64,000 bases of DNA from IMG/VR virus record IMGVR_UViG_3300017995_000001. One strand, 5' to 3'. The notes beneath the pieces are model-generated. The model worked only from the letters and a program-made list of their open reading frames with translations, was not told where the DNA came from and did no database searches. Within the stretch, counting starts at the first letter, position 1; each line of letters starts with the position of its first letter. A program made the translations under genes and the position numbers. The stretch is from an uncultured virus (IMG/VR IMGVR_UViG_3300017995_000001) (taxonomy: Duplodnaviria > Heunggongvirae > Uroviricota > Caudoviricetes). Shown here piece by piece: positions 27,214-35,171 of this stretch.

Positions 27214-27584
27214 CACCGCCTCCTCGCCGCCGGGTTGCGGCGGGCGGGTTGCGGTCTTGGGACGGGCGACCGGTGGTGCGGTCTCGGTGGCGTGCGATGA
27301 CGCCGCTCCTCGACCTGATCCTCCTCCTCGTCGCCGATGAGTCCCTGGATCAGGTCCTCGACGTCGCGCTTGTCCTGGACGGCGTTGAGCGTGTTGCCGA
27401 GCAGCTCGACCTCCTTCCAGCCGAGGTTGAACGGCTCGTAGCCCATGTCCTCGGCCTGCTCTCCGCCCGGCATGCTGGCGAGCATCCGCCATAGCACTGT
27501 CGGGAGTTCGTTCGGCCCGTGGCCGTAGTTGGGGAGCCACGAGCGCAGCTCCTCAATGAGGTCCTGGATCGGTTTGCGGGGCAT
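27213..27584 (-). CDS. Acidic protein with Arg/Pro/His tail
   Basis: GAGGAGGAG RBS; VEERRHR...ARRNPAARRR. Confidence 0.7.
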   Translation of the reverse strand: MPRKPIQDLIEELRSWLPNYGHGPNELPTVLWRMLASMPGGEQAEDMGYEPFNLGWKEVELLGNTLNAVQDKRDVEDLIQGLIGDEEEDQVEERRHRTPPRPHHRSPVPRPQPARRNPAARRR

Positions 27585-27599
27585 CTTCTCGTCTCCTCC

Positions 27600-28721
27600 T
27601 CAGTCGCCGACCGCGTCGACAAACTCCTCGTCGCCGCCGTGGTAACCGATGTACGCGATGGCGGCGGCGACGATCGCCTCCTCCTGGTCCTCGGGGTCCA
27701 TCTTGGCGACGTCGAGCAGCGTCACGTCGCGACGATCCCGGCTGTACGTGCCGCGGTGCGGCCCCTTCGGGTCGAGCAGCTCGTCTAGGTCGACGCGGGC
27801 GTCCTGGCGGACGACCCTCTCCCCCTCTGGCTGCTCCTGCCCGTTGGCGGCCTCGATGTCCGTCCACTCGGTGATCTCGACGTCGGTCCCGCGCACGACG
27901 ACGCGCAGGCCGCTCTCGGGCTCGTCCTCGTTCGGGCCGAAGCTCTCGTGGTCGATGTCGAGGTTGCCGAGTAGGACGTCACGGACGAAGGACTCGTCCT
28001 CGTCGGCGATGTACTCCGAGCCGGCGACCTTGCCGCCCCACCACTTCACCTTCTCTGGGATCTCGATGTCCCCCGACCAACCGGCCGGCCCCTCGTCGCC
28101 GCGACCCCACTGCAGCAGCGCCTCCGCGATGGCGACCGCGCGCTGGGTCGGCGTCATCGTCTCGAGCGTCTCCTGCTCGAGTCCCACCGACCGCAGCGCG
28201 TCGCGCACGTCGGGGCTGTCGAAGCTGAGGTCTTCCGCGTCGAAGTACGCCTGCTTGGTCCAGAACGGGAAGCCGACGTCCGCCGCCTCCCTGTCGCCGA
28301 CGTGCTCTCTCACGGGCTGGATCTCGATCAGCTCGATGGCGCGCCCGTTCCCGGTGGCGATGATCCCGCCGTGCGCGCCCGGGTCCATGTCGCCGCCGAT
28401 CTGCTCCCAGTCCATCGTGGGGACCTCGATCTCGAGTGGCTCGATGCCGGGCTCGATGCCGGGGAGGTGCTGCTGCCTGCGTCCTGAAGCCCTGACCGTG
28501 CGTTCGTGTCGTCCATGCGTCACGTACGCTACGATGGAATCGGCATCGATCCAGCTCTCGTGACCAGCCCACGCGGCAGGTTTGATCGCCACGCGTCCGT
28601 TCGGTTCATCTATGCGCGTGATGACGTAGGGGTCCGAGCCGCCGCGTATACGGACCTCCATACCTACTTTAGCTGGCACGCGCTCACCGCGGTGCTCGCC
28701 TCGCCACGTGAGGATGTCCAT
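27600..28721 (-). CDS. Acidic multidomain protein with SH3-like N-terminus
   Basis: KVGMEVRI...VITRIDE; GGAGG RBS. Confidence 0.7.
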   Translation of the reverse strand: MDILTWRGEHRGERVPAKVGMEVRIRGGSDPYVITRIDEPNGRVAIKPAAWAGHESWIDADSIVAYVTHGRHERTVRASGRRQQHLPGIEPGIEPLEIEVPTMDWEQIGGDMDPGAHGGIIATGNGRAIELIEIQPVREHVGDREAADVGFPFWTKQAYFDAEDLSFDSPDVRDALRSVGLEQETLETMTPTQRAVAIAEALLQWGRGDEGPAGWSGDIEIPEKVKWWGGKVAGSEYIADEDESFVRDVLLGNLDIDHESFGPNEDEPESGLRVVVRGTDVEITEWTDIEAANGQEQPEGERVVRQDARVDLDELLDPKGPHRGTYSRDRRDVTLLDVAKMDPEDQEEAIVAAAIAYIGYHGGDEEFVDAVGD

Positions 28722-28855
28722 CAGTTGTGCCTCCAGTAGACGAGCCCACCGCGCGTCTCGTGCGACTGCCCGTCGTACGACGAGAGGAAGTGCGCCGCGC
28801 CGTCGGTGTCGATCGCGTCCTCGGCGGCGGCGTCGTTCACGAACCTGCGCACCAT
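28721..28855 (-). CDS. Small phage protein (44 aa)
   Basis: AAEDAIDTDGAAHFLSSYDGQSHE; coupled at both ends; not in ORF track. Confidence 0.55.
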   Translation of the reverse strand: MVRRFVNDAAAEDAIDTDGAAHFLSSYDGQSHETRGGLVYWRHN

Positions 28856-29262
28856 CAGTCGGCCTCCTCTTCGTCCTCTTCGTCCTCGTACTCCTCGTCC
28901 TCCTCTTCGTCTTCACCCTCCGTGTCGACGAGGACGTTGGCCCAAGCCTCCTCGGCCTCCTTGAGGTTGTCGTACCACTCGACCTCGACGATGCCGTCCG
29001 AGCGCTCGAAGAGGATGACGGCCTTGGTCTCGTCGAGCAGGTCCTCCTCCTCCTCGGTGAGGCGGTCACCCTCCTCCTCCGCGATCTCCCGGACGCGCTC
29101 GCGGGTCCCCGGTTCGAACCACACTACGCCGTACCACCCGCTGCCCTCCTGCGGGTAGGTCGCCTCCTCGTCGGCTCCGCCGTCGAGGGTCATCTCGTAC
29201 GCGTAGCTGTCGAGGACCGTGGCGAACTTGCCCGGCCCGTACGATCGGATTCCCTTCGCCAT
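28855..29262 (-). CDS. Highly acidic hypothetical protein
   Basis: GPGKF; poly-E/D tail; GGAGG RBS. Confidence 0.7.
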   Translation of the reverse strand: MAKGIRSYGPGKFATVLDSYAYEMTLDGGADEEATYPQEGSGWYGVVWFEPGTRERVREIAEEEGDRLTEEEEDLLDETKAVILFERSDGIVEVEWYDNLKEAEEAWANVLVDTEGEDEEEDEEYEDEEDEEEAD

Positions 29263-29264
29263 GC

Positions 29265-29654
29265 TCAAGCCCTCCATTCCACCCAGCTCGGGTCCATCCT
29301 CGCCGGCACCTGCGCGCTCGGCACGCCTATCGACAGCAGGATCTGCCGCAGGTCGCGGTACTCCTCCTCGGCCACCTCGCGCAGGTACTCCTCGCCGGAG
29401 TCGCTCTCGGTGCCCCAGAGCCCGCCGCTGGTCAGCGTCTGCGCGACGCCCTCGACGACGACCTCCGCCTCCGCGCGCACGCCGACGAACGCGAAGTCGC
29501 CGCGCTCGTACGCCTCGCGGCGGTCGGCGTTCTCGGGGTCGTCCATCCAGGACGTGTCGGGGTCCTCGTCGGGGAGCACGAGCACCTTGATCGCGCGGAC
29601 CGCCGGCGCCGCGCGCCGGGGCGCGACGTCGACGACCCGCCTGCGGGTCGCCAT
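29265..29654 (-). CDS. Acidic phage protein with Arg-rich N-terminus
   Basis: MATRRRVVDVAPRRAAP; SGGLWGTESDS; GAGGAG RBS. Confidence 0.75.
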   Translation of the reverse strand: MATRRRVVDVAPRRAAPAVRAIKVLVLPDEDPDTSWMDDPENADRREAYERGDFAFVGVRAEAEVVVEGVAQTLTSGGLWGTESDSGEEYLREVAEEEYRDLRQILLSIGVPSAQVPARMDPSWVEWRA

Positions 29655-29750
29655 AGAATCTCCTCTTGTGGGTGACATTGTCGCCCTGCCCGCCGTTGGA
29701 CGCAAGTAGTGGCTTGGCCATTCTACCGATCCGCACGTAGAATGCCCTCC

Positions 29751-30644
29751 ATGGCTAGGTCCGGCGGTTTGGGCGTGGGTGCGGTGCTGGTGGGTGCGGC
29801 GGCGCTCGGCGTGGGCGCGCTCGTCGTGATGCACGCTCGGAGCGCGAGCGCGGCGCCGCAGCTGCCGCCGGAGCCGGCCCCGCTGCCGATGCCCGCGCCC
29901 GCGCCCGCGCCCGCGTCCACGGCCCAGGCTCCCGGCGCCCAGCCGGTCCCGGCGCCGCTCGTGACGCCGGCCCCGTCGCTGCCGGCGGCGGTCACCCCGC
30001 CGACCGCGCCGCCCCCGGCGCCGCCGACGATCCCGGCGGTCCCGCTGCTGCCGCTGCCGAACCTGCCCACCGTGTCGACGACGCAGCTGCAGGCGGGCCA
30101 CCGCTACTCGGTCGCGCAGCTCGCTCCGGTCGCGGGCGTCCCCGTCGCGACGGTGGCCGAGGCGCAGGCGCTCTTCGACGCGGTGCTGCCCGGTGCGGTG
30201 CGCGTCGCGTCCATCGGCGGGACGCCGACGACCGTCGTCTTCGACGTCCTGCAGGCGATCCCGATGACGCTCCCGTCGACGATGCCGATCACCGACGTGG
30301 GCGCGTCGCCGCTGCCCGCCTCGGGCGGGACGCCGGCCTTCACGACCGTCGTCACCGACCCGAACGTCGTCAGGCAGTACCAGACCGTGCTCGCCAACGC
30401 GCTCGCGAACATGGGCGCGGCGCAGGAGCTGGGGATCCCGTCTTCGGCCTACCTGCCGTCGATGGTGACCGGCAACGCGAGCGACCCGGCCTGGACGAGC
30501 GTGCTGTCGACGTACCAGAAGTACGTCAACCCGCTGCTGCCCGGCGCCGCCGCGGCCGGCGCTCTGGTGCCAGGGTTCCCCGCGCAGCTGCGCACCGACG
30601 GCGTGCTCGACTACGCGACCGCGATGTCGATGATGAACATGTGA
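29751..30644 (+). CDS. Membrane-anchored Pro/Ala-rich protein with PG-binding-like C-terminus
   Basis: N-terminal TM segment; Pro-rich linker; LRTDGVLDYAT. Confidence 0.65.
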   Translation: MARSGGLGVGAVLVGAAALGVGALVVMHARSASAAPQLPPEPAPLPMPAPAPAPASTAQAPGAQPVPAPLVTPAPSLPAAVTPPTAPPPAPPTIPAVPLLPLPNLPTVSTTQLQAGHRYSVAQLAPVAGVPVATVAEAQALFDAVLPGAVRVASIGGTPTTVVFDVLQAIPMTLPSTMPITDVGASPLPASGGTPAFTTVVTDPNVVRQYQTVLANALANMGAAQELGIPSSAYLPSMVTGNASDPAWTSVLSTYQKYVNPLLPGAAAAGALVPGFPAQLRTDGVLDYATAMSMMNM

Positions 30645-30670
30645 CGGGTAGCGGGAGATGTAAAACCGTC

Positions 30671-30988
30671 ATGAGCGTGGAGCACGTCAAACATCGCACC
30701 GGAAAGGGTAAGGGTATGTCCGTCGAGTTGAGGGAGACGATCACCTGCGACGGCTGCGGCAAGCAGCGCACCTTCGTGCTCGGTAAGGACAAGCGCCACG
30801 AGCACGAGCCGTGGTACAGCATCGACCCAGAAGTGGGTTTTCGAGTCATCGGGCAGACCGTCCGCTCGAAGGTCGGTCCAGAGATCAACGAGACCAACTA
30901 CCGCATCGACGCCTGCAGCGCCGACTGCGCGGCCAAGGCGTTCGCGAAGCGGCTACCCCCACTCCCAGAGCGCCTCGACCCGTTGTGA
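30671..30988 (+). CDS. Zn-finger hypothetical protein
   Basis: TCDGCGK...DACSADC. Confidence 0.55.
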   Translation: MSVEHVKHRTGKGKGMSVELRETITCDGCGKQRTFVLGKDKRHEHEPWYSIDPEVGFRVIGQTVRSKVGPEINETNYRIDACSADCAAKAFAKRLPPLPERLDPL

Positions 30989-31149
30989 TGGACGCGGACG
31001 CGTTCGACCGCATGCGCGCCGCGGAGCGCGCGAGGCAGGAGGTCACCGACCGCCTGCTCGAGGCGGAGCGGCCGAAGCGCGAAGCGCTCGACCGGATGTA
31101 CGCCGCGGTGTGGCGCGGCCGGCGCGAGAAAGGAAGAGACGATGACTGA
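30988..31149 (+). CDS. Small hypothetical protein
   Basis: TGATG coupling. Confidence 0.4.
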   Translation: MDADAFDRMRAAERARQEVTDRLLEAERPKREALDRMYAAVWRGRREKGRDDD

Positions 31150-31525
31150 GCCGAAAGAGTCAGAGATGAAGACACCGGCGCCGTTTCGCTTCGAGTCCGA
31201 ACCTGAGCGCGCCCTGTGGCTGCGCATCTTCGAGCGGGACGGCCTGGTGGCCGCCGACGCCGCAGCGATGGCGTTTCGGGAGCGGTCGGCGACGCCCGTC
31301 GTCTACGAGTTCACGCTCAAGAACGAGAAGGACCGGTGGGCGGCGCGCCTGCGGGAGATCTACGTCGGCGTGGAGGCGACCGAGAAGGAGTACGCGCAAG
31401 TCACAGGTCAACCACTCGACCCCCAGATGCGGGCCTTCTTCAATGGCCGTCGCGAAGGCATCGAGTCCTGCATCGCTGCGGTCGAGCGCGGGGACGGCCC
31501 TCGAAGGGTGCTCCGGTCGGCGTAA
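31142..31525 (+). CDS. Hypothetical protein
   Basis: Codon usage; coupling. Confidence 0.55.
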   Translation: MTEPKESEMKTPAPFRFESEPERALWLRIFERDGLVAADAAAMAFRERSATPVVYEFTLKNEKDRWAARLREIYVGVEATEKEYAQVTGQPLDPQMRAFFNGRREGIESCIAAVERGDGPRRVLRSA

Positions 31526-31526
31526 T

Positions 31527-32363
31527 CTAACCCCCGAGCGACGGCGGTGACTTCGTCAGCGCCCAGATGAGCAGCCCCCCGAGCACGGTGACGACGCCGC
31601 CGGCGATTAGGAACGCGATCCTCAGCCAGCGCGAGTTCGCCTCCGCCAGCTCCGCCTTCTGGTCGCCCAGGCGCTTCAGCTCCTGCGCGTGCGCCAGCTC
31701 CATCTGGCTGCGCTCCATCTCGAGGCGCATGATCTTGTTGTCGGCGTCGACGCGCGCGCGCTCCTGCCCGAGCAGCTCCTTCACACGCTCGCTCGGGACC
31801 GGTTGCAGGACGGGGCTGCCCGGCCGCAGCTCGCGCGCGAGGTCGGCGAACCGCTCGTCAATTTTTTCACCCACCTCGGCGAGCCCCTCTTCGAGGTCGT
31901 GGCTGGACGCGATGCGGTCGCGCGCCTCGGCGTCGTCGCCCTGCGTGAGGCGCGCGACGGAGTGCTCGCCCGACGGCGAGAGGTTGATGTGGATGCCGAC
32001 CGAGCCGAGCGCCGAGACGAGCGCGTGCCGGAACACGCCGAAGTCCTTGGTGACGTCCCGCTTCAGGCTCGCGATGTCGTTCTGGATGCGCTGCTCGACC
32101 TCGCCGCGCAGGACGCCCACCTGCGCCAGCATGCGCCGCTCGTGCTCGAGGATGTGCCGGATCACGCTCGCGTGGTAGCCGGCGGCCGCGTTGCTCGCGC
32201 CCCAGGCGACCTGCCAGGCGCGCTTCGCCGTCTCCATGGCGGTGCCGGGAGGTGGTTCGGGGATGGCGATGAGGCTCTCGTCGTCGTCGGTTTCGTGCAT
32301 GGTCGGGGGGAGCAGGGTGGCGGGGAAGTCGTGCGGCAATGGGAACGAACAGGTGACGTTCAT
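31527..32363 (-). CDS. Coiled-coil protein with C-terminal TM helix (start uncertain)
   Basis: WLRIAFLIAGGVVTVLGGLLIWAL. Confidence 0.6.
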   Translation of the reverse strand: MNVTCSFPLPHDFPATLLPPTMHETDDDESLIAIPEPPPGTAMETAKRAWQVAWGASNAAAGYHASVIRHILEHERRMLAQVGVLRGEVEQRIQNDIASLKRDVTKDFGVFRHALVSALGSVGIHINLSPSGEHSVARLTQGDDAEARDRIASSHDLEEGLAEVGEKIDERFADLARELRPGSPVLQPVPSERVKELLGQERARVDADNKIMRLEMERSQMELAHAQELKRLGDQKAELAEANSRWLRIAFLIAGGVVTVLGGLLIWALTKSPPSLGG

Positions 32364-32511
32364 CGTGAGACCCCCCCACTTCATGGCTGGGCTACGGCGA
32401 ACGCGCGAGCGTAGGTCGACCCACCCCGTGACACCTCGACTGCGCCGCCTCTCGGCGCGCTGGCACTGCTCATCTTGTCGCTATCCAGGTTGCCCGAGTG
32501 CGCGGGCGAGT

Positions 32512-32898
32512 GCAACACTTCTCGTCACCCTGGACCTCCGCTACCGATCCGTCGGGGCCGGCGACCTCGCGCTCGGCGAGTGCACGGTCAGATCGGCGCG
32601 CGACGGCGCGCGTGCGTGGTGGCAGCTGTGGGCCTGGGTCCGCCGCGACGACACCGGCGAACCTCTCTACGTGGCGGTCCCCGTCAACCCGGACGGTCCG
32701 TACGTGGAGGTCGGGCCGAGCGGCCGGCGCACGTGGGGACTGGCGAGGGTTGGGGCTGGCGTGTGGCAGGTGAACCCGTCGGTCGACGTCGTCGGCGCGA
32801 AGCGCCCGGACGGCACGCGCGAGCCGAGTCTCTGGCACCAGACGCCGCGCATCGTCGGCGTGCCCGACGGCGAGCGGTGGACCACCGGGCCGCCGTAG
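32512..32898 (+). CDS. Hypothetical protein, weakly DUF6527-like; start codon not evident
   Basis: RTWGL...WQVNPSV...WH. Confidence 0.45.
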   Translation, partial: ATLLVTLDLRYRSVGAGDLALGECTVRSARDGARAWWQLWAWVRRDDTGEPLYVAVPVNPDGPYVEVGPSGRRTWGLARVGAGVWQVNPSVDVVGAKRPDGTREPSLWHQTPRIVGVPDGERWTTGPP

Positions 32899-32918
32899 CG
32901 CTAGCATCGGGGTAAGCC

Positions 32919-33236
32919 ATGTGGCCGAAGGGCGACACCGATCTCGGAGAGGGCGTGCTGGACCTCGGCCACGGGGTGACCGCCCACGCCACCGTCGACG
33001 CCGCGGGCGAGTGGGTGGGGCTCATCCGCCGCCACCCGCGCGAGGGCGGTGAGGGCAGCTGCGCTTCGGCCGTCGCGTTCGACACGCCGGCGTCGCGGAA
33101 AGCGCACGGCGAGGACGGGAAGGTCGCGTTCCACACGGTCGTCTCGTGGGAGCCGCTGACGCTGCTCGAGTCGTGCCTCTGCACGGCGTGCGGGCACCAC
33201 GGCCACGTCCGCGAGGGCAGGTGGGTGCCTAGCTAG
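32919..33236 (+). CDS. DUF6527-like protein
   Basis: SWEPLTLLESCLCTACGHHGHVREGRW. Confidence 0.6.
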   Translation: MWPKGDTDLGEGVLDLGHGVTAHATVDAAGEWVGLIRRHPREGGEGSCASAVAFDTPASRKAHGEDGKVAFHTVVSWEPLTLLESCLCTACGHHGHVREGRWVPS

Positions 33237-33493
33237 CGCGACCGCGCGTCGCCCACGTCGACCAGGTACCGCCGGTCACCGACGACGACGGCCACTTCCA
33301 GTCGACCCCCGAGGGCCGCGACGTATCGTCCCAGCGTCGAGAGTTTAGAGTCGCCACGCCGCTCGAGGACCGACACGTCGCCCTGCCCCATCCCGGTGTG
33401 TCCGGCGACCTCTACCTGGGTCTTGCCCAGTGCCACGCGCAGCGCCCGCAGGTCGTAGCGCCTGCCCGTCTTGAGGCCCCGCTCAGTATTCAT
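33233..33493 (-). CDS. XRE-family HTH regulator (HigA-like)
   Basis: LRALRVALGKTQVEVA..GMGQGDVSVLERRGDSKLSTLGRYVAALGGRL. Confidence 0.85.
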   Translation of the reverse strand: MNTERGLKTGRRYDLRALRVALGKTQVEVAGHTGMGQGDVSVLERRGDSKLSTLGRYVAALGGRLEVAVVVGDRRYLVDVGDARSR

Positions 33494-34106
33494 CGTCGTC
33501 GGCGCGCTCGATCGGTTCCGACAGGATCTCCTCCCACGCTTCTTGGATGTTCGGCGGAGCGTCTCGCAGCTTCGCTTCGACGGCCGACGACGGGAGCCGG
33601 AACTTCGGGAACGCCAGGAGCATCCGGTGCAGGTCGAGCCGGTCGGAGATGCCCTTGTCCGTGTGTCGGCGAGCCACGAAGCTCGCGAGCTTGAGTACGA
33701 CGAGGTCGGCCGGCGCGACGACGCGGATCCCGTCCACGTCTCGGGCGCTCGGTAGGTCGTCGACTTGCCGGACGTCTACGAGGTGCCTGTTCGGTTCCGG
33801 TGGGCGACGCACCTGGTAGACCCTGAAGCCGTTGCCGCGGGCGACGGTACGCACGCGGACGGCGGCGTGGAACTGCTCGGCGAGGCGGGCGCGCAACTCG
33901 TCGGCGAAACTCTCCGCGTTCGTCGACATGAAGTCGACGTCTGCCGTAGCTCGGGGCGGCTCGACGTACAGGTTGACCGCGTGCGAGCCGAACAGCACCG
34001 CGTCCGGGCGCTCGCGCAGGAGGTCCACGGACAGGCGGTACACCTCCGCGAGCGTCGGCGAGTGCGCGGGCGACATGGCTTCCTTGACGGTGGTGGGGAA
34101 CTCCAC
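33483..34106 (-). CDS. Nucleotidyltransferase (AbiEii/DUF6036-like); start at 34106 or 34076
   Basis: LFGSHAVNLY..PRATADVDF...LVVLKL...DRLDL. Confidence 0.8.
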   Translation of the reverse strand: MEFPTTVKEAMSPAHSPTLAEVYRLSVDLLRERPDAVLFGSHAVNLYVEPPRATADVDFMSTNAESFADELRARLAEQFHAAVRVRTVARGNGFRVYQVRRPPEPNRHLVDVRQVDDLPSARDVDGIRVVAPADLVVLKLASFVARRHTDKGISDRLDLHRMLLAFPKFRLPSSAVEAKLRDAPPNIQEAWEEILSEPIERADDDEY

Positions 34107-34112
34107 GGAGGG

Positions 34113-34141
34113 AGTATAGGTTGTAGACAATATCGTGTCCA
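34113..34141 (-). promoter_or_regulatory. Sigma70 promoter
   Basis: TGGACA-17 nt-TATACT, with TTGT-CT-ACAA palindrome in the spacer. Confidence 0.65.
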
Positions 34142-34197
34142 GTCTATCCTGGACCGCTGCTTGTTCGCCGGACCGCTTCGGCGCTACCATCCTGACC

Positions 34198-34437
34198 ATG
34201 AGGGCGCGGCTCGTAGGGTGCCTGCTGGCGCTGCTCGCCGAGTGCTGCGGGGGCCTGCCCGCGGAGGACGCGCGGGACGTCGAGAACGCCGCGCGGTCGA
34301 GCGCGATGGCGTACCGGTACGCGGGCGACGCCGACAGCAACCAGGCGCTGCTGCTCTGCGCCACGCAGGCGTCGCTGCAGGCGGTCATCCGCGACCAGAA
34401 GCTCGCGCCCTACGACGCGGGGATCCCCTGCCCGTGA
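34198..34437 (+). CDS. Small exported or lipoprotein-like protein
   Basis: MRARLVGCLLALLAECCGG. Confidence 0.5.
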   Translation: MRARLVGCLLALLAECCGGLPAEDARDVENAARSSAMAYRYAGDADSNQALLLCATQASLQAVIRDQKLAPYDAGIPCP

Positions 34438-34700
34438 ACCGCGCCGAGGTCCTCGCCCGGGTGGTCGCGACCTTCCCCGACGTGCCGCCTGCGCAGCTCG
34501 ACCGGCTGCTGTCGGCGGAGCTGCCCGACGACGAGCGGCGGGTCATCCTGCAGTCGTGGGACGACGCGAAGAAGATCCCGGGGCCGGACGGGTGGGCCGT
34601 CTTCATGAGCATCCTGCGCGCCTGCGCGGACGTCGCGGACCTCGTCATCCCGATCGAGGGTGCCGTGCAGGGGATCGTCAGCATCGGGAAGGGTGGGTGA
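34434..34700 (+). CDS. Hypothetical protein
   Basis: GTGA coupling. Confidence 0.55.
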   Translation: MNRAEVLARVVATFPDVPPAQLDRLLSAELPDDERRVILQSWDDAKKIPGPDGWAVFMSILRACADVADLVIPIEGAVQGIVSIGKGG

Positions 34701-34987
34701 TGCGGACGGGGCGGATCGGCTACCTGGCGCGCCACCGGGTCGAGAAGGCGCAGAGGTTCGCGCTCGGGCAGCTCGTGCGCACGCGGCACGGCTTCGTCGG
34801 CGCGGTCGACAAGGTGTTCTTCGACCTAGAGGCCGCGATGGACGCGACGCCGGGCTGGCCCGCCGACTGGTACGAGCGGCAGGAGCCCAGGCCGACGACG
34901 CCGAAGACGGGCACCTGGTACGGCCTCGTCTTCGACGAGGGCGAGGGGTCGGGGCTCTACGGCGAGGACGATCTTGAGGCGTATTGA
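34700..34987 (+). CDS. YccV/HspQ-like SH3-fold protein
   Basis: FALGQLVRTRHGFVGAV...DWY...WYGLVFD...YGEDDL. Confidence 0.55.
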   Translation: MRTGRIGYLARHRVEKAQRFALGQLVRTRHGFVGAVDKVFFDLEAAMDATPGWPADWYERQEPRPTTPKTGTWYGLVFDEGEGSGLYGEDDLEAY

Positions 34988-35048
34988 CCGGCACGGGTCG
35001 CCCGGGTAGCCTCTACGTCGTTCGACACTGCTTCGTGAGGGCCATGGT

Positions 35049-35098
35049 GCGGCCCGGCTGCTCTCGCTGGTGGGGGCTGTCCGGGCCGCCTGTTTTTT
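35049..35098 (+). terminator. Rho-independent terminator
   Basis: GCGGCCCGG...CCGGGCCGC stem followed by TGTTTTTT. Confidence 0.7.
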
Positions 35099-35171
35099 GT
35101 CGCTTCCTGTAGACGATCACTCTCAGACCCTGTGGCGGAAAAGGGATGCTCTGCGGAAAGAACAAACACTG

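Noticed and set aside
28860..28920. (TCC/TCG/TCT)n low-complexity tract as a DNA repeat element
   Set aside because: Explained by the poly-Glu/Asp tail of the 28855-29262 protein
28722..29069. VRERRRRRG in the ORF-track extension of the 27600 gene as another linker motif
   Set aside because: Lies upstream of the likely start and out of frame with the real 44-aa gene
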